NCBI RefSeq assembly: GCF_004010195.1
Contig: NC_057755.1
Span: forward strand, 9,888,891-9,952,890
Length of the DNA: 64,000 nucleotides
Source of the DNA: Chiloscyllium plagiosum
Taxonomy: Eukaryota
Direction of reading: 5' to 3'
The notes under the pieces are model-generated. The model worked only from the letters and a program-made list of their open reading frames with translations, made no database searches and was not told the origin of the DNA. Shown here piece by piece: positions 11,759 to 23,261 of the stretch. The stretch's first letter is position 1. The number at the start of each line of letters is the position of its first letter. The translations under genes were made by a program, and so were the position numbers.

Positions 11759-12324
11759 ATAGCCTCATAGATCTTACCTCTCTTTAAGGCTCACACTCAT
11801 CTATCAAAATGACTATGTTTAATGCTTTCAAACTTAACAGAAGTCTGACCTGGTTCCTTCTTTATGTTTCTGAACGGCTGTCTATATGTTGCTGGTACTT
11901 AGAATGGCCTGTTTGACCTCTTCATTATCTCTCGACACATCATCTGACAGTGCAGAAAGTACCTCACTAGCTCTGCCTACCAGCTTAGTCTGAACTACCA
12001 TTACCCACAAATCCTTGGGCCACAGCTTCTGCCTTGCTAATTTTTCAAATGAAATAAAGAAGGCTTCAACATATTTGTCATCAAAACGTGGCAGAGTTTT
12101 GACATATTGGTATATATCACTGCCTTCTTTTTTAATCTCCATCCTGTAAAATTGACTTTGCTGACTAATTCACAACTTCTCAAGTTCAAATTCATTCTCT
12201 TTGCTCAGCTAAGAACCTTACTTCTCTTTCTCTTTCTCATTTTTTTTTCTCTCTCCATTTTTAGTGCGGCAAATCCTTCAAAATCTGTCCAAATCTCAGA
12301 CTGGATCTGCCTAAAATTGTTTAA

Positions 12325-12344
12325 ATCACGGACGAAAGCCCCCA
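12325..12344 (-). promoter_or_regulatory. Primer-binding site (tRNA-Pro type) of element A
   Basis: Minus strand TGGGGGCTTTCGTCCGTGAT, 3 nt inside the 5' LTR. Resembles TGGGGGCTCGTCCGGGAT, the complement of the tRNA-Pro 3' end. Confidence 0.8.
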
Positions 12345-12347
12345 AAC

Positions 12348-13079
12348 TGTTATGACACGGGGTAAAACCCCTCTGTTAATTTAAACTCGACACACAGAGA
12401 AGCTCACCTTGTGCCATAATCTGTTAGATTTCATGAGGCGAAGAATCATCACACATCTCACTATGTAAAGAAAAACATTGACAATTTTATTCTTTAAGTC
12501 CAAAAGAGAACATTAAACAATTATATACAACTCCTTTGGCTTAAAGCTATTTTTTACATCCCACTCGACAATACTGATCCGATTTCAAAAAAAATATAAG
12601 ATTTACGATAAAAAAATCACGTTTCAGAAACCAACCATCTTTGTGGTTTCTACTTTGTAGATTTTCCTCTATATTTTCCTGGGTTGTCTTTTCTTCAGTC
12701 TTCTGCTGCACAACTTTTCTTAGGATGGGTACCTTTCAGAGAGCCATTCGGCTTGCAGTCTGGACTTGCTGATGCTCTTTGCGGTTCTCTCCCGAACTAC
12801 TCAAAATGTCCGGTTTTATGCACCAAAACGTAGGGCTATTTCATTGATTTGATGTCATCCCAAACGGTAAAACTCAATTTCGACTGGATTTTGATATCTG
12901 GCTCATAATTTAAAATGAATCGACAAATCTGAAATCGTTTTAGTTCGACTCAATTCCAGTTACTTATTTCAAACAAATGTTACATCTTCAAGTTGTTCAG
13001 CACACTCTGTGCTTTCTGTCAATCCTAGCCAGATTCCTCTCTCTCTTAAAGGTACAGTACACACCTACTACTTCATACA
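12348..13079 (-). repeat. 5' LTR of element A
   Basis: TG...CA ends, adjacent to the PBS, similar to 4514-5203. Confidence 0.87.
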
Positions 13080-13655
13080 GAATGATTTGTGAAACTTGAA
13101 AGAGTTCAGAAAACATTTAGAAAGATGTTGCCAGGGTTCGAGGATTTGAGCTAGAGGGAGATGCTGAATAGGCTGCGGCTATTTCATAACATCATATTTT
13201 ATGACGGTATAGGTATGTGCTGTACCCTAAGACAGAGCTACACGGAGAGGCTGAATAGGCTGGAGGGTTGGAGGCTGAAGGGTGACTTTATAGAGGTTAA
13301 TAAATTCGTGAGGGGCATGGATAGGTTAAATAGACAAAGTCTTCCCTGTAGTGGGAGAGTCCAGAACAAGACGGCATAGGTTTAGAGTGAGAGGTGAAAG
13401 ATATGAAAAGGACCTTACGGGCAATATTTTCACGCAGAGGACGGTCCGTGTATAGAATGAGCTGCCAGAGGAAATGGTGGAGATTGGTACAATTACAATA
13501 TTTAAAAGGTATCTGGACCGGTATATGAACAGGAAGTGTTCAGAGGGATATGGACAAAGTGCTGGCAAATGTGAATTGACTAATTTAGGATATCCGGGTG
13601 GCATGGACCATTTGGACCGAAGGGTGTCTTTCTGTGCTGTCCATCTCCATGACTC
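13080..13655 (+). mobile_element. CR1 LINE 3' fragment
   Basis: 'VKLERVQKTFRKMLPGFEDLS' and 'RLKGDFIEVNKFVRGMDR', with a CR1-type tail. Confidence 0.85.
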
Positions 13656-15019
13656 TTAAAATGGCCAGGGCAATATCTGCAAAGAAAAAACCTTCACAAC
13701 ACTGGTTGAAACTCATTGGGTTGATGGCCAACCAAATCTGGGAAGTCAGAATTCCAAAATCGCACATCTCGTCACTGAGAAATTATTTCAAAAGCTGTGA
13801 GCAGAACCGTTTAACTTTGTCTTGTTTTGAGTAGGGACAAAAGATACTGTTATTTTAAGTATATCTCCCTCATATATGCCGTGTACAATTTTGTTTTCAT
13901 TTGATTTGATTTATTACTGTCAGGTTACCGAGGGACAGTGAAAAGTGTTGCCTTATGTGCTTTACAAGCAGGTGCATTAGAGTAGCAGAACAGATTGCGT
14001 AATATAATGTTGATGAGAAGATGCAAAGAGAGATTTAAATGCTAAGATTGAAGAGGTCCATTCTAAAAGTGTGATCACAATTTTATTTTTGCCCCAGAAA
14101 ATAGTACAAATTGGATACATTTTAATTGTTAACTTTTTTTCAACATGGAACATTTCAGACATCTCTTTCACAACAAGATTTTCTTACAGCACTTAGCAAA
14201 TTCAAATTTATTCACAGATTCATATTATTCATAAAAACAAAACTCACTTTGGAAATCTTTCCATCTAATTAATTTTTGATCTTTGTTGTTTCTCAACTTT
14301 CTGCTACCTGCTTGGTCTCAGTACTGTGTGGCACACATGTAATCATTTTTCTCTTAGTTCAGTCACTGTGTGAATAAAACCTATTTTTCACAGGGGACTT
14401 ATTCACTGGCGAACAGGAATTTGTTCAGATTTGTGACCCTTTTCCAAAGTGTTTTGGAGTGACATTTATTCTCTCAAATCTTGCCATGTACTGGATATCA
14501 GTTCAAACTCATTGTCAACTACATTTTCTCGCCCCCATTTTTGAGATAACATTTGGAATATCATAGATTTCTGCCTGTTTTAATTTCAGCTAAATCAAGG
14601 GAGAGGTTCATTTCAAGGAAGAGACCAAATTATTATGATGCAGTATTGGGTCAAGTCACAGTCTTTTCCTTATTTTCCATTTTGGAATGTCAGGCATTGC
14701 TTTTCTGTTGCTCGTCATTTTTCCTCTGCAGGTTTTGTGTCAAACATGTTCTGGAGCACGCTGGTTTCCTAATTAAGGTGTAAATAGTAAAACCGTGTAC
14801 CCCAGACTGATTCATTCTGGCTGTTTCTAAGTCATTGCTTCCATATCTTCTTTGAACAGCCTGTCTGCTGCGCACGCATGATTACTGGCACGCATTTGTA
14901 CAATTTGCACTATCACTGCTGTTACCAATGATTTGAAAGCTTCTTTTGAACTATCTATCACTTTTACTCTCAAGTATCCTTATGTCAAATTGATGGTGAA
15001 GCAGATATATCTTTGTACA

Positions 15020-15025
15020 TTTATT
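15020..15025 (-). terminator. Candidate polyadenylation signal of the GPCR gene
   Basis: AATAAA on minus, ~340 nt after the stop codon. Motif only. Confidence 0.35.
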
Positions 15026-15229
15026 ATGGCTCAGAACAATGTATTTGTCTATCTGCGAGTTTTACTTTCAGATGATTGCTAGCTCTTTTCAAAGTTTACT
15101 AGATGATCTTGTGGGGCTTAGGATTGGAAACACCTCGAATTTAGAATTTTTTTAAATTATCGTTGGATTGAATATCGATGACCTGGCCTCCACAGCCTTT
15201 AAAGAAGTTAAGTGTAGTTAAGACTGAAA

Positions 15230-15374
15230 TAGATACGTTATTGAGTATCAAGGAGATCAAGAAAGTGGATAAATCAAGTTGAGAAACTTATCAGCCATGG
15301 TTTAATGCTGGTGCAGACTCGATGGACTGAATGGCCTAATTGCTGCTCCTATGTTTTATGGTCTTAAGGCCTAA
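15230..15374 (+). mobile_element. CR1 LINE 3' tail abutting and overlapping the GPCR stop codon
   Basis: 'GATGGACTGAATGGCCT...CTCCTATGTTTTATGGTCTTAAGGCCTAA' matches the CR1 tails at ~22460-22490 and ~60380-60430. Confidence 0.7.
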
Positions 15375-16253
15375 TTATCGTAATATGATAGCTCACTGCG
15401 TTTTTGAGCTGCTCTCTGAATTTGGACTGAGTCACCACATAAATGAATGTGTTTGTGCAGCAATTTAAACTTCGAAGCATAAATCCAACTTCAGCAAATG
15501 TGTATAGAGAATAGTTGTAATCCGTGGGCTCCATTCCTGCAATATTGTAATATAGGAATTCTACAACATGTGTCAACCATAATAGAATGAAACTGCTGGA
15601 TATGGTGAAGAGTAGAATTATAGACTTTCTCCTACTCTTCAATTCTGGGTCACTGTGTATCTCTGCATTTTTCTGATCTTTCAGTCTCTTTCGGACTTGG
15701 CTTGTTACTAAAATATGTCTGACTGTTAGAGCGTTGAGCAACAAAATCAAAGCAAAGGGAAGCCATGGCGTTACAATCATATCAATCCAGTCAAAAGCCA
15801 CCCATCCTGGGTCACTATAAAAGTTTGGCTTTACGTTACAGAACCATGATATGTTGTTGATTATCTCTCCGGGTTCAAAAGTAAGAAAGAAAGGAATGTT
15901 TTTCAAACAGAGAAAAATACAGGTTGTCGCAAGAATTCCAGTCGCCACTTTCTCAGTGCAGTATTTCATTTTCAATTTCTGGCAACAAATGGCAACAAAT
16001 CGATCAAAGGAGAAAGCAACTGTGAACCAAACAGAACAGTCTGTGGATGCACCACTCAGGACATCGATAGCACTACACACAGGAGTGATATTCAGAAATG
16101 AATCCGGGAAATAGTAATAACTGACCCGCCAGAGTATTACATCAGCAATAATAACCAGTAGATCTGCCACTGCCATGGCCACCAGGTAATGGGTGGTGCA
16201 AGTAGAGAGTCCACATTTTTCCCTGGAAAGTATCATAATTGCCACTAAATTAA
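15364..16253 (-). CDS. GPR139-like class A GPCR, exon 2 (end of TM1 to C-terminus)
   Basis: Open frame with 'YLVAMAVADLLV' (TM2), 'SVWFTVAFSFDRFVAIC' (DRF), TM5 'TPWLPFALILLLNALTVRHI', 'RRKSIILLFTIS' and TM7 'NCCTNTFIY'. Acceptor TTGCCTTTCTTTTACAG ends at 16254. Confidence 0.93.
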
Positions 16254-16719
16254 CTGTAAAAGAAAGGCAATGCAGAAGAATTGCAAGTTACAGATGAAGC
16301 ATTCTCAGTGTCTCTGTCTGGAAAGTGTTTTTGTAAAATCTCAATATATTCAGAATGAAAAGGAAAGTCATATTCATGAAGAACTAATCTTAACACATAT
16401 CTCCCTTAGTTACAGACCTCCAGAGTTAATGAAGAAAGTGAAGGGAATAGGAAACTAGTTGTCTGTTTTAAGTGTTTTCTGGAATAAAGTGGCAATGAAG
16501 TTAAAGTGCTCTCCAACTTTTAATGCTGCTGATTTTGCTACAATACTTTGGGAATCTGGAAGCTGATCCTTGCATTAAAAACCTCAGAGACGTGGTGGCT
16601 GCCTTGGGAGTCTATTTTATGGGCCAGGTCGATTGGGAATGTATCACGCTCATACCCAGTCACCTCTGGGTTATGGTGCGGATGTGCTGGTGTTGGAATA
16701 GGGTGGACTAAGTTAAAGC

Positions 16720-17125
16720 TATGGGGCTGAGGGACTTGAGAATGTTTTTGTTAGAGAGAATAAAGATGAGAAGTGACTTAATTGAGACAAACACGATAAT
16801 CAGAGGGTTAAATAGGGTGGACAGTGAGAAGCTTTTTCCTTGGATGGCGATGGCTAACTCGAGGGGACATAACTTTAAATTGAGGGTGATATATACCGGA
16901 CAGATGTCAGGTAGTTTCTTTACTCAGAAAGTAGTAGGGGCATGGTACGCACTGCTTGTAACAGTAGTCGACTCGCCAACTTAAAGGGCGTTTAAATATT
17001 AATTGGATAGGCATATGGCCGAAAATGGAATATTGTACCTTAGATAGCCTTCAGATTGGTTTCACAGGTCGGTGCACCATCGAGGACTGAAGGGCCTGTA
17101 TTGTGCTGTAATATTCTATGTTGTA
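16720..17125 (+). mobile_element. CR1 LINE 3' fragment in the GPCR intron
   Basis: 'RMFLLERIKMRSDLIETNTIIRGLNRVD', with a tail. Confidence 0.82.
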
Positions 17126-17216
17126 TAGTTCAACGGGTTTATTTAACAGTACAAACTACCTGACGAAGGAGAAGCAGTCCAAAAGCTAGTACTTCCAAAT
17201 AAACCAGTTGAATTAT

Positions 17217-17440
17217 AAAAGCAAATTACTGCAGATGCTGGCATCTGAAACCAAAAGAGAAAATGCAGGAAAATCTCAGCAGGTCTGGCAGCATCTGTAA
17301 GGAGAGAAAAGAATTGACGTTTCGAGCCTAACTGACCCTTTGTCAAAGCTTTGGCAAAAGATCAGTTAGACACGAAACGTCAGCTCTTTTCTCTCCTTAC
17401 AGATGCTGCCAGACTTGCTGAGATTTTCCAGTATTTTCTC
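17217..17440. mobile_element. Palindromic Penelope-like pLTR derivative
   Basis: 92-bp arms (17257-17348 / 17349-17440) with no loop. Begins with the CTGCAGATGCTGG motif shared with the Penelope ends at ~55170 and ~58200. Confidence 0.8.
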
Positions 17441-18512
17441 ACTCAACTGAGTTATAACCTGGTGCTATGTGACCTCTGATTTAGATATTCAACCAGTCTC
17501 CCTGTTGGCTATTGGAGCCGAATACAAACACAATATCCTACCCGCATTCACTAAACGCCTTCAACAAAGATCATAATCGAGCCTTTGGTTCTCTGATCAA
17601 TCAGAGCTGCCTGCACTCGCTCCCGATTAATCTGGAATCAGAATGACATTCTTTCAGAATCGTGAAATGATAAAAGCTGTTTGTAACATTAGCAGATTGG
17701 CGACAGAACTAACTTCTGCATCCTGCTCAAACCTCCTGAGTTCACAGAATTCCCTTGGAGCAGAGGACAATAACATTTACATACACGGGTAAGGAGAAGA
17801 CAGGTATCAAGGAGGCAGAGTGCAACCTGAAATGATACAGTTTGAAGGTTTTAAGAATGAAGGGCAGGAGAAATATGAAAATGGATGTTTGTACTCAGTA
17901 CATATCCCGGACACACTCCTGAAATTCACTAGCTTTTAGGCAGGTGCTTCTCTGCCTCTCTCAAATTATGTTAAAGTTAAAATGCACTGTTAATACAACA
18001 TGGCTATGCAACGAATTTACCTATTTTTTGCATTTATGCAACCTAACACTTCCGAGCTACTACTAGAGGATCTTAACACAACACTTATTATAACTTTTGA
18101 TCACTTTCTCTTCCCCAGTCCCATATACACGGTCCCCACCAAATGCTTTCACCTTAATCTGTTCTCCCTCACCATTCAATCAATTTTGTTTTCAATCAAC
18201 GATGCTCTTCCATCTCCTCTTCCCTGGTCCATCTTGTAAATCTAATACCTGGTAGATTTAGTTCCCAATCCTGACCACCTAGGGAGAGCCATTAAATGTG
18301 GTTAGCGTATTGTCATCACGTGTGTACTTCCAATCCCAGAGCATTTACGGCTGATCTCTGATTGAGCTCAATGTACCTGGCTTTGCCCCATTTTCCTCAG
18401 TCACTTCGATCAGTGAAATCTGTCAATCTGGGTTTTAAGTTTTGGAATTGATGAAGCTTTGGCGACCATTTTTGAATCTCACATTTTTGGAACAGCTCTC
18501 ATAGAGGCAAAG

Positions 18513-21500
18513 AATCATAGAGATGTACAGCATGGAAACACACCCTTCAGTCCAACCTGTTCATACTGGCCAAATATCTCAAACTGCCAGAATGCGGGCC
18601 ATATTCTTCCAAACCCGTCCCATTCATATACCCATCCAAATGCCTCTTAAATGTTGCAATTTTAACAGCCTCCACCACTTCATCTGGCAGCTCATTCCAT
18701 CGAAGTAGCAATCTCTGTGTGAAAAAGTCGCCCCTTAGGTGGCTTTTGTATCTTTCCCCTCTCACCCTAAACCTATGCCCTCTAGTTCTGGACTCCCCCA
18801 GCTCAGGGAAAAGACTTTGTCTGTTTGCCCTATCCATGCCCCTCATAATTTTGTAAACATCTATAAGGTCACCCCTCAGCCTCCGACGCACCAGGGAAAA
18901 CAGCCCCAGCCTGTTAACCCTCTCCTGATAGCTCAGATCTTCATACCCTGGGAACATCCTTGTAAATCTTTTCTGAACCCTTTCAAGTTTCACAACATCT
19001 TTCCAATAGGAAGGAGACCAGAATTGCACGCAGTATTCCAAGTGGGTTAACCAATGTCCTGTACAGACGCAACATGACCTCCCAACTCCTGTACTCACTA
19101 CTCTGACCAATAAAATAAAACATACCAAACGCATTCTTCATTATCCTATCGCCCTGCGACTCCACTTTAAAGGAGCTATGAACCTGGACTCGAAGGTATT
19201 TTTGTTCAGTAACTCTCCCTACGACCTTACCCTTAAGTGTATATGCACTGCTAAGAGTTGCTTTCCAAAACTGCAGCACCTTGCATTTATCTGAATTAAA
19301 TTCTATCTGCCACTTCTCTGCCCATTGGCCCTTCTGATCAAGAACTTGTTGTAATCTGAGGAAACCCACTTCCCTGTCCACTACACCTCCAATTTTAGTG
19401 TCATCTGTACCTCTCATGCTCACATCCAAATCATTTATGTAAATGACAAAAAGTAGAGGACCCAGCACCAATCCTTGTGGCACTCCACTTGTCACAGGCC
19501 TCCAGTCTGAAAAACAACCCTCCACCACCACTCTAACTTCGAACTTTGAGCCAGTTGTATATCCAAATGGCTAGTTCTTCCATTATTCCGTGAGATCTAA
19601 CCTTGCTATCACTCTCCCATGGGGAACCTTGTCAAACGCCTTACTGAAGTCCATATAGATCACATCAACCGTTCTGCCCTCATCAATCCTCTTTGTTACT
19701 TCTTGAAAAAAAAACAATCAATTTCCCACGCACAAAGCCATGTTGACTATCCCTAATCAGTCTTTGCCTTTCCAAATACATGTGCATCTTGTCCCTCAAG
19801 ATTCCCTCCAACGAATTGCCCACCACTGACATCAGGCTCACCGGCCATAGTTCCCTGGCTTGTCCTTGCCACCCTTCTTAAACAGTGGCACCACATTAGC
19901 CCACCTTCAGTCTTCCAGCACCTCATCTGTGACTATTGATGATACAAATATCTCATCAATAGGCACAGCAATCACTTCTGTAGCTTCTCACAGATTTCTA
20001 GGGCACACCTGATCAGGTCCGGGCGATTTATCCACCTTTTGTGTGTTTCAAGACATCCAGCACTTCCTCCTCTGTAAGTTGGACATTTTTCAAAGTGTCG
20101 CCATCTATTTCCCTACAGTCTATATCTTTCATATCCTTTTCCACAGGTAATACCGATGCAAAATACGCTTTTAGTATCTCCCCCATTTTCTGAATCTCCA
20201 CACAAAGGCTGCCTTGCTGATCTTTAAGGGGACCTATTTTCTGCCAAGTGGACCTTTTGTCCTTAACACAATTGTAAAAGTCCTTCGGATTCTCCTTAAT
20301 TCTATTTGCCAAAACTATTTCATGTACCCTCTTTTGCCCTCCTGTTTTCTCTCTTAAGTGTTCTCCTACTTCCTTTATACACTTCTCAGTATTCACTCAA
20401 TCTATGCTGTCTATACCTTACATATGCTTTCTTCTTTTTCGTAACTAAAATCTCAGTTTCCTTAGTCATCCAGCATTCCCAATACCTACCAACCTTTCCT
20501 TTCACCCTGACAGGAATATACTTTCTCTTGATTCTCGTTATCTCATTTCTGAAAGCTTCCAACTTTCCAGCCGTACCTTCACCTGCGAACATCTGCCCCC
20601 AGTCATCTTGCCTAATACCATCAAAATCTGCCTTTCTCCAACTTAGGACTTCAACTTTTAGATCTAGTATATCTTTTTGCATCACTATTTATATCTTATA
20701 GAGTTATGGTCGCTGGCCCCAAAGTGCTCCCCCACTCAGTCACCTGCCTTGTCTTATTTCCCAAGAGTAGGTCAAATTTTGCACCTTCTCTAATAGGTAC
20801 ATCCACATACTGAATCAGAAAATTGTCTTGTACAAGCTTAACAAATTCCTCTCCATCTAAACCCTTAACACTATGGCAGGCCCAGTATATGTTTGGAAAG
20901 TTAAAATCTCCTACCAAAATCACCCTATTATTCCTACCGATAGCTGAGATCTCTTTACAAATTTGTTTCTCAATGTTCCTCTGACTATTAGTAGGTCTAT
21001 AATACAATCTCAATAAGGTGATCATCCCTTTCTTATTTCTCAGTTCGACCCAAATAACTTCGCAGGATGTATTTCCAGGAATATCCTCCCTCAGCACAGC
21101 GTATCAAAAACGCCAGTCCCCCTCCTCTCTTGCCTCCCTTTCTATCCTTCCTGTAGCATTTTTATCCTGGAACATTAAGCTGCCAGTTCTGCCCATCCCT
21201 GAGCCATATTTCAGCACTTGCTATGATATCCGAGTCCCATGTTCATAACCATGCCCTGAGTTAATCTGCCTTCCCTGTTAGGCCGCTTGCTTTGAAATAA
21301 ATGCAGTTTAATTTACTAATCTTAGTTTGTCCCTTCCTGCCCTGACTGTTTGAGTCGCTTCTGTTCTCAATTGTGTCAGTCTCAAATTGATCTTTCCTCA
21401 CTATCTACCTCGGTTGCACCCCCCCCTCTCCCCCATCTTACTCGTTTAAATCCTCCCGAACAGCTCTAGTAATTTTCTCTGCCAGTATATTAGTCCCCTT

Positions 21501-21551
21501 CCAATATAGGTGCAATCCGTCCTTCTTGTACAGTTCACTTCTGCCCCAATG
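18513..21551 (-). mobile_element. CR1 (HER1-like) LINE, ~3 kb, decayed, sense-oriented in the GPCR intron
   Basis: ORF1 end 'WGRSELYKKDGLHL', APE 'LYYRP...VILVGDFNFP...DLLL' (20696..21097), RT 'VTSGVPQGLVLGPLLF..DDTKIGG' (18983..19531) and C-terminus 'LEYCVQFWSP'. Confidence 0.93.
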
Positions 21552-21567
21552 GTTTGACAGCACTTAC

Positions 21568-21634
21568 CAGGAATACCAACGGCAGCAAGGATTACGTAAT
21601 ATATTTTTATGGTGATGTAAAGACTTTCAAACAT
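21568..21634 (-). CDS. GPR139-like GPCR, exon 1
   Basis: MFESLYITIKIYYVILAAVGIP + G|GTAAGTG donor. The phase-1 join with exon 2 gives ...AAVGIPVNLVAIMIL (the TM1 GxxxN motif), total 318 aa. Confidence 0.9.
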
Positions 21635-21718
21635 TTCCAAGTGAACTATCTAATTTGGTGCAGCTGGAAATCTCTCTCAGTTCGATTAATCAACTAAACT
21701 TCTCCCTGTGCCCTAAAC

Positions 21719-21724
21719 TTTATA
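21719..21724 (-). promoter_or_regulatory. Candidate TATA box
   Basis: TATAAA 85 nt upstream of the ATG. The paralogue has CATAAAAATA at a similar distance (~39355-39364). Confidence 0.5.
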
Positions 21725-21974
21725 GTACGCAGGTTATCCGCAGGGGACCTCGATGTTCCAACTCCATGTTTGCATTAATGAAGTGGGGCCAGAAGAAAAT
21801 GGCAACAGCTCATTCATGTCTCTGAAGAGAACATACAAAGCATTTCTCCTGAAAGGAGAAAGAAAACATGTTGCGAGTGCCACTTTAACTGAACTGTTCA
21901 GATCCACCTCAAGAGAAGGAGAGGCCTGAAGCCAAGCCCCTATGTCTCAAAGGGAACAACACTGCAGTGTTTCC

Positions 21975-22620
21975 ACAGGTTTGAGTTATAAAGATCGACT
22001 GGATAGGTTAGAGTTTTTTTTTAAACTGGAGCTTAGGAGCTTGAGAAGTGACCTGATAGAAGTTTATAAATTAATGAGGGATAGAGATAGAGTTGATGGC
22101 AGTTGTCTTTTCCTGAGGATGGGGTGTTTCAAGATTCGAGATCATATTTTAACGGCGAGAGAAGAAAGACTTGGAAAAAAAACGTAATAAGCACTGCTTT
22201 GACGCAGAGGGTGGTTCACTTGTGGAATGAACTTTCTGTGGAAGTGGTGGATGCAGATAGATACAATGTTTAAAAGGCATTTGGATTGACATATGAATAG
22301 GAAAGCACTTGATGCCAAAACATTGAATGCACTCAAGGGGCAGATAGATCTCGCACGTGGGGCAAATGGGACCAAAGGTTATGGGGATAAAGCAAGATTA
22401 AGCTTATTGAGTTGGACGATCAGCCGTGGATGTGATGAATGGCGGAGCAGGCTCTAGGGGCTGAATGGCCTCCTCCTGTTCCCATGTTCTATATTTGTAT
22501 GAAAGGTTTGGAGGGATATGGGCCAGGAGCAGGCAGGTCGGACTAGTTTAGTTTAGGATTATGTTTAGCATGGACTGGTTGGAACAAAATGTCTGTTTCT
22601 GTGCTGTGCGACCTTATGAC
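21975..22620 (+). mobile_element. Cluster of CR1 3' fragments
   Basis: 'GLSYKDRLDRL...LRSDLIEVYKLMR' plus two different tails. Confidence 0.8.
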
Positions 22621-23049
22621 TGACTCCAGAAGAGCACATTAATATGGAGAGAGCAAACATGGCTGACCTCGATCATTAACTGTGCCTGCCTCATCACTTG
22701 TACTGCCACATTAATGGAGACAAATCCACTATTTTGCATAAAACTTGATATGTTGGGATAGTCCTGTGAAATGCTGTGCAAATGAAATAACAAAAGCAAT
22801 TTAGATTTGTTATTACATTAGCAACAGTGCTAGTCTCTCAAAGGTCCTCACATCCCACACAGTTCCTATGATCCTTTTTGCTATTCAGGCCACCCCACCA
22901 CTCCACGCGAGAGACGCAAAATTTCAAACGCACATGCAATGTTATGGCTGCTGTCATGTGCTCGGGCATGTGGTGATGACATGCATTATTTTGTTTTCTT
23001 TTATGCTAGAGCCTCAACCTTGAAACTTCAATTTCAGTTTCAACAAGTA

Positions 23050-23260
23050 AATAGAAACCAAAAGACCTGCGGATGCTGAAAATCAGAAACAACAACAGAA
23101 ATCGATGGAGAAGCTCAGCAGCTCTGGCGAGAAAGCAGAGTTAACATCCAGTCACCCTTTTTCAGAACTGAGGGTTACTAAGAAAATGTTTTTTTTTATG
23201 CGGGTGAGGGGATAAGGAGTAAACAATAGGTGGAGATAGAGCCCACAAGACAGAGAAGGA
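23050..23260. mobile_element. Degenerate Penelope-like pLTR fragment
   Basis: 'CTGCGGATGCTGAAAATCAG...CTCAGCAGCTCTGGC' resembles 17228-17290. Confidence 0.55.
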
Positions 23261-23261
23261 T

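Larger units (their letters stand above)
4514..13079 (-). mobile_element. Gmr1-like Gypsy LTR retrotransposon A, decayed, with nested insertions
   Basis: Related LTRs lie at 4514-5203 and 12348-13079. Gag includes 'LPRFDDKYVEAFFISFEKLA...EVKQAIL' and a CFHCGKVGHVKPQC knuckle. Then come the protease region ~10240-10590, integrase (9468..9922 'GGHLGV..C..C', 'VIDCVGHLP', 'QSEQGSDF'), RT ~7430-8760 and RNase H (6969..7214 'YFSKKLN...EKELL...VYTDHNPL'). Confidence 0.92.

Noticed and set aside
21446..21567. C-terminal part of the 64-aa ORF
   Set aside because: Read-through past the splice donor into intron and CR1 sequence.
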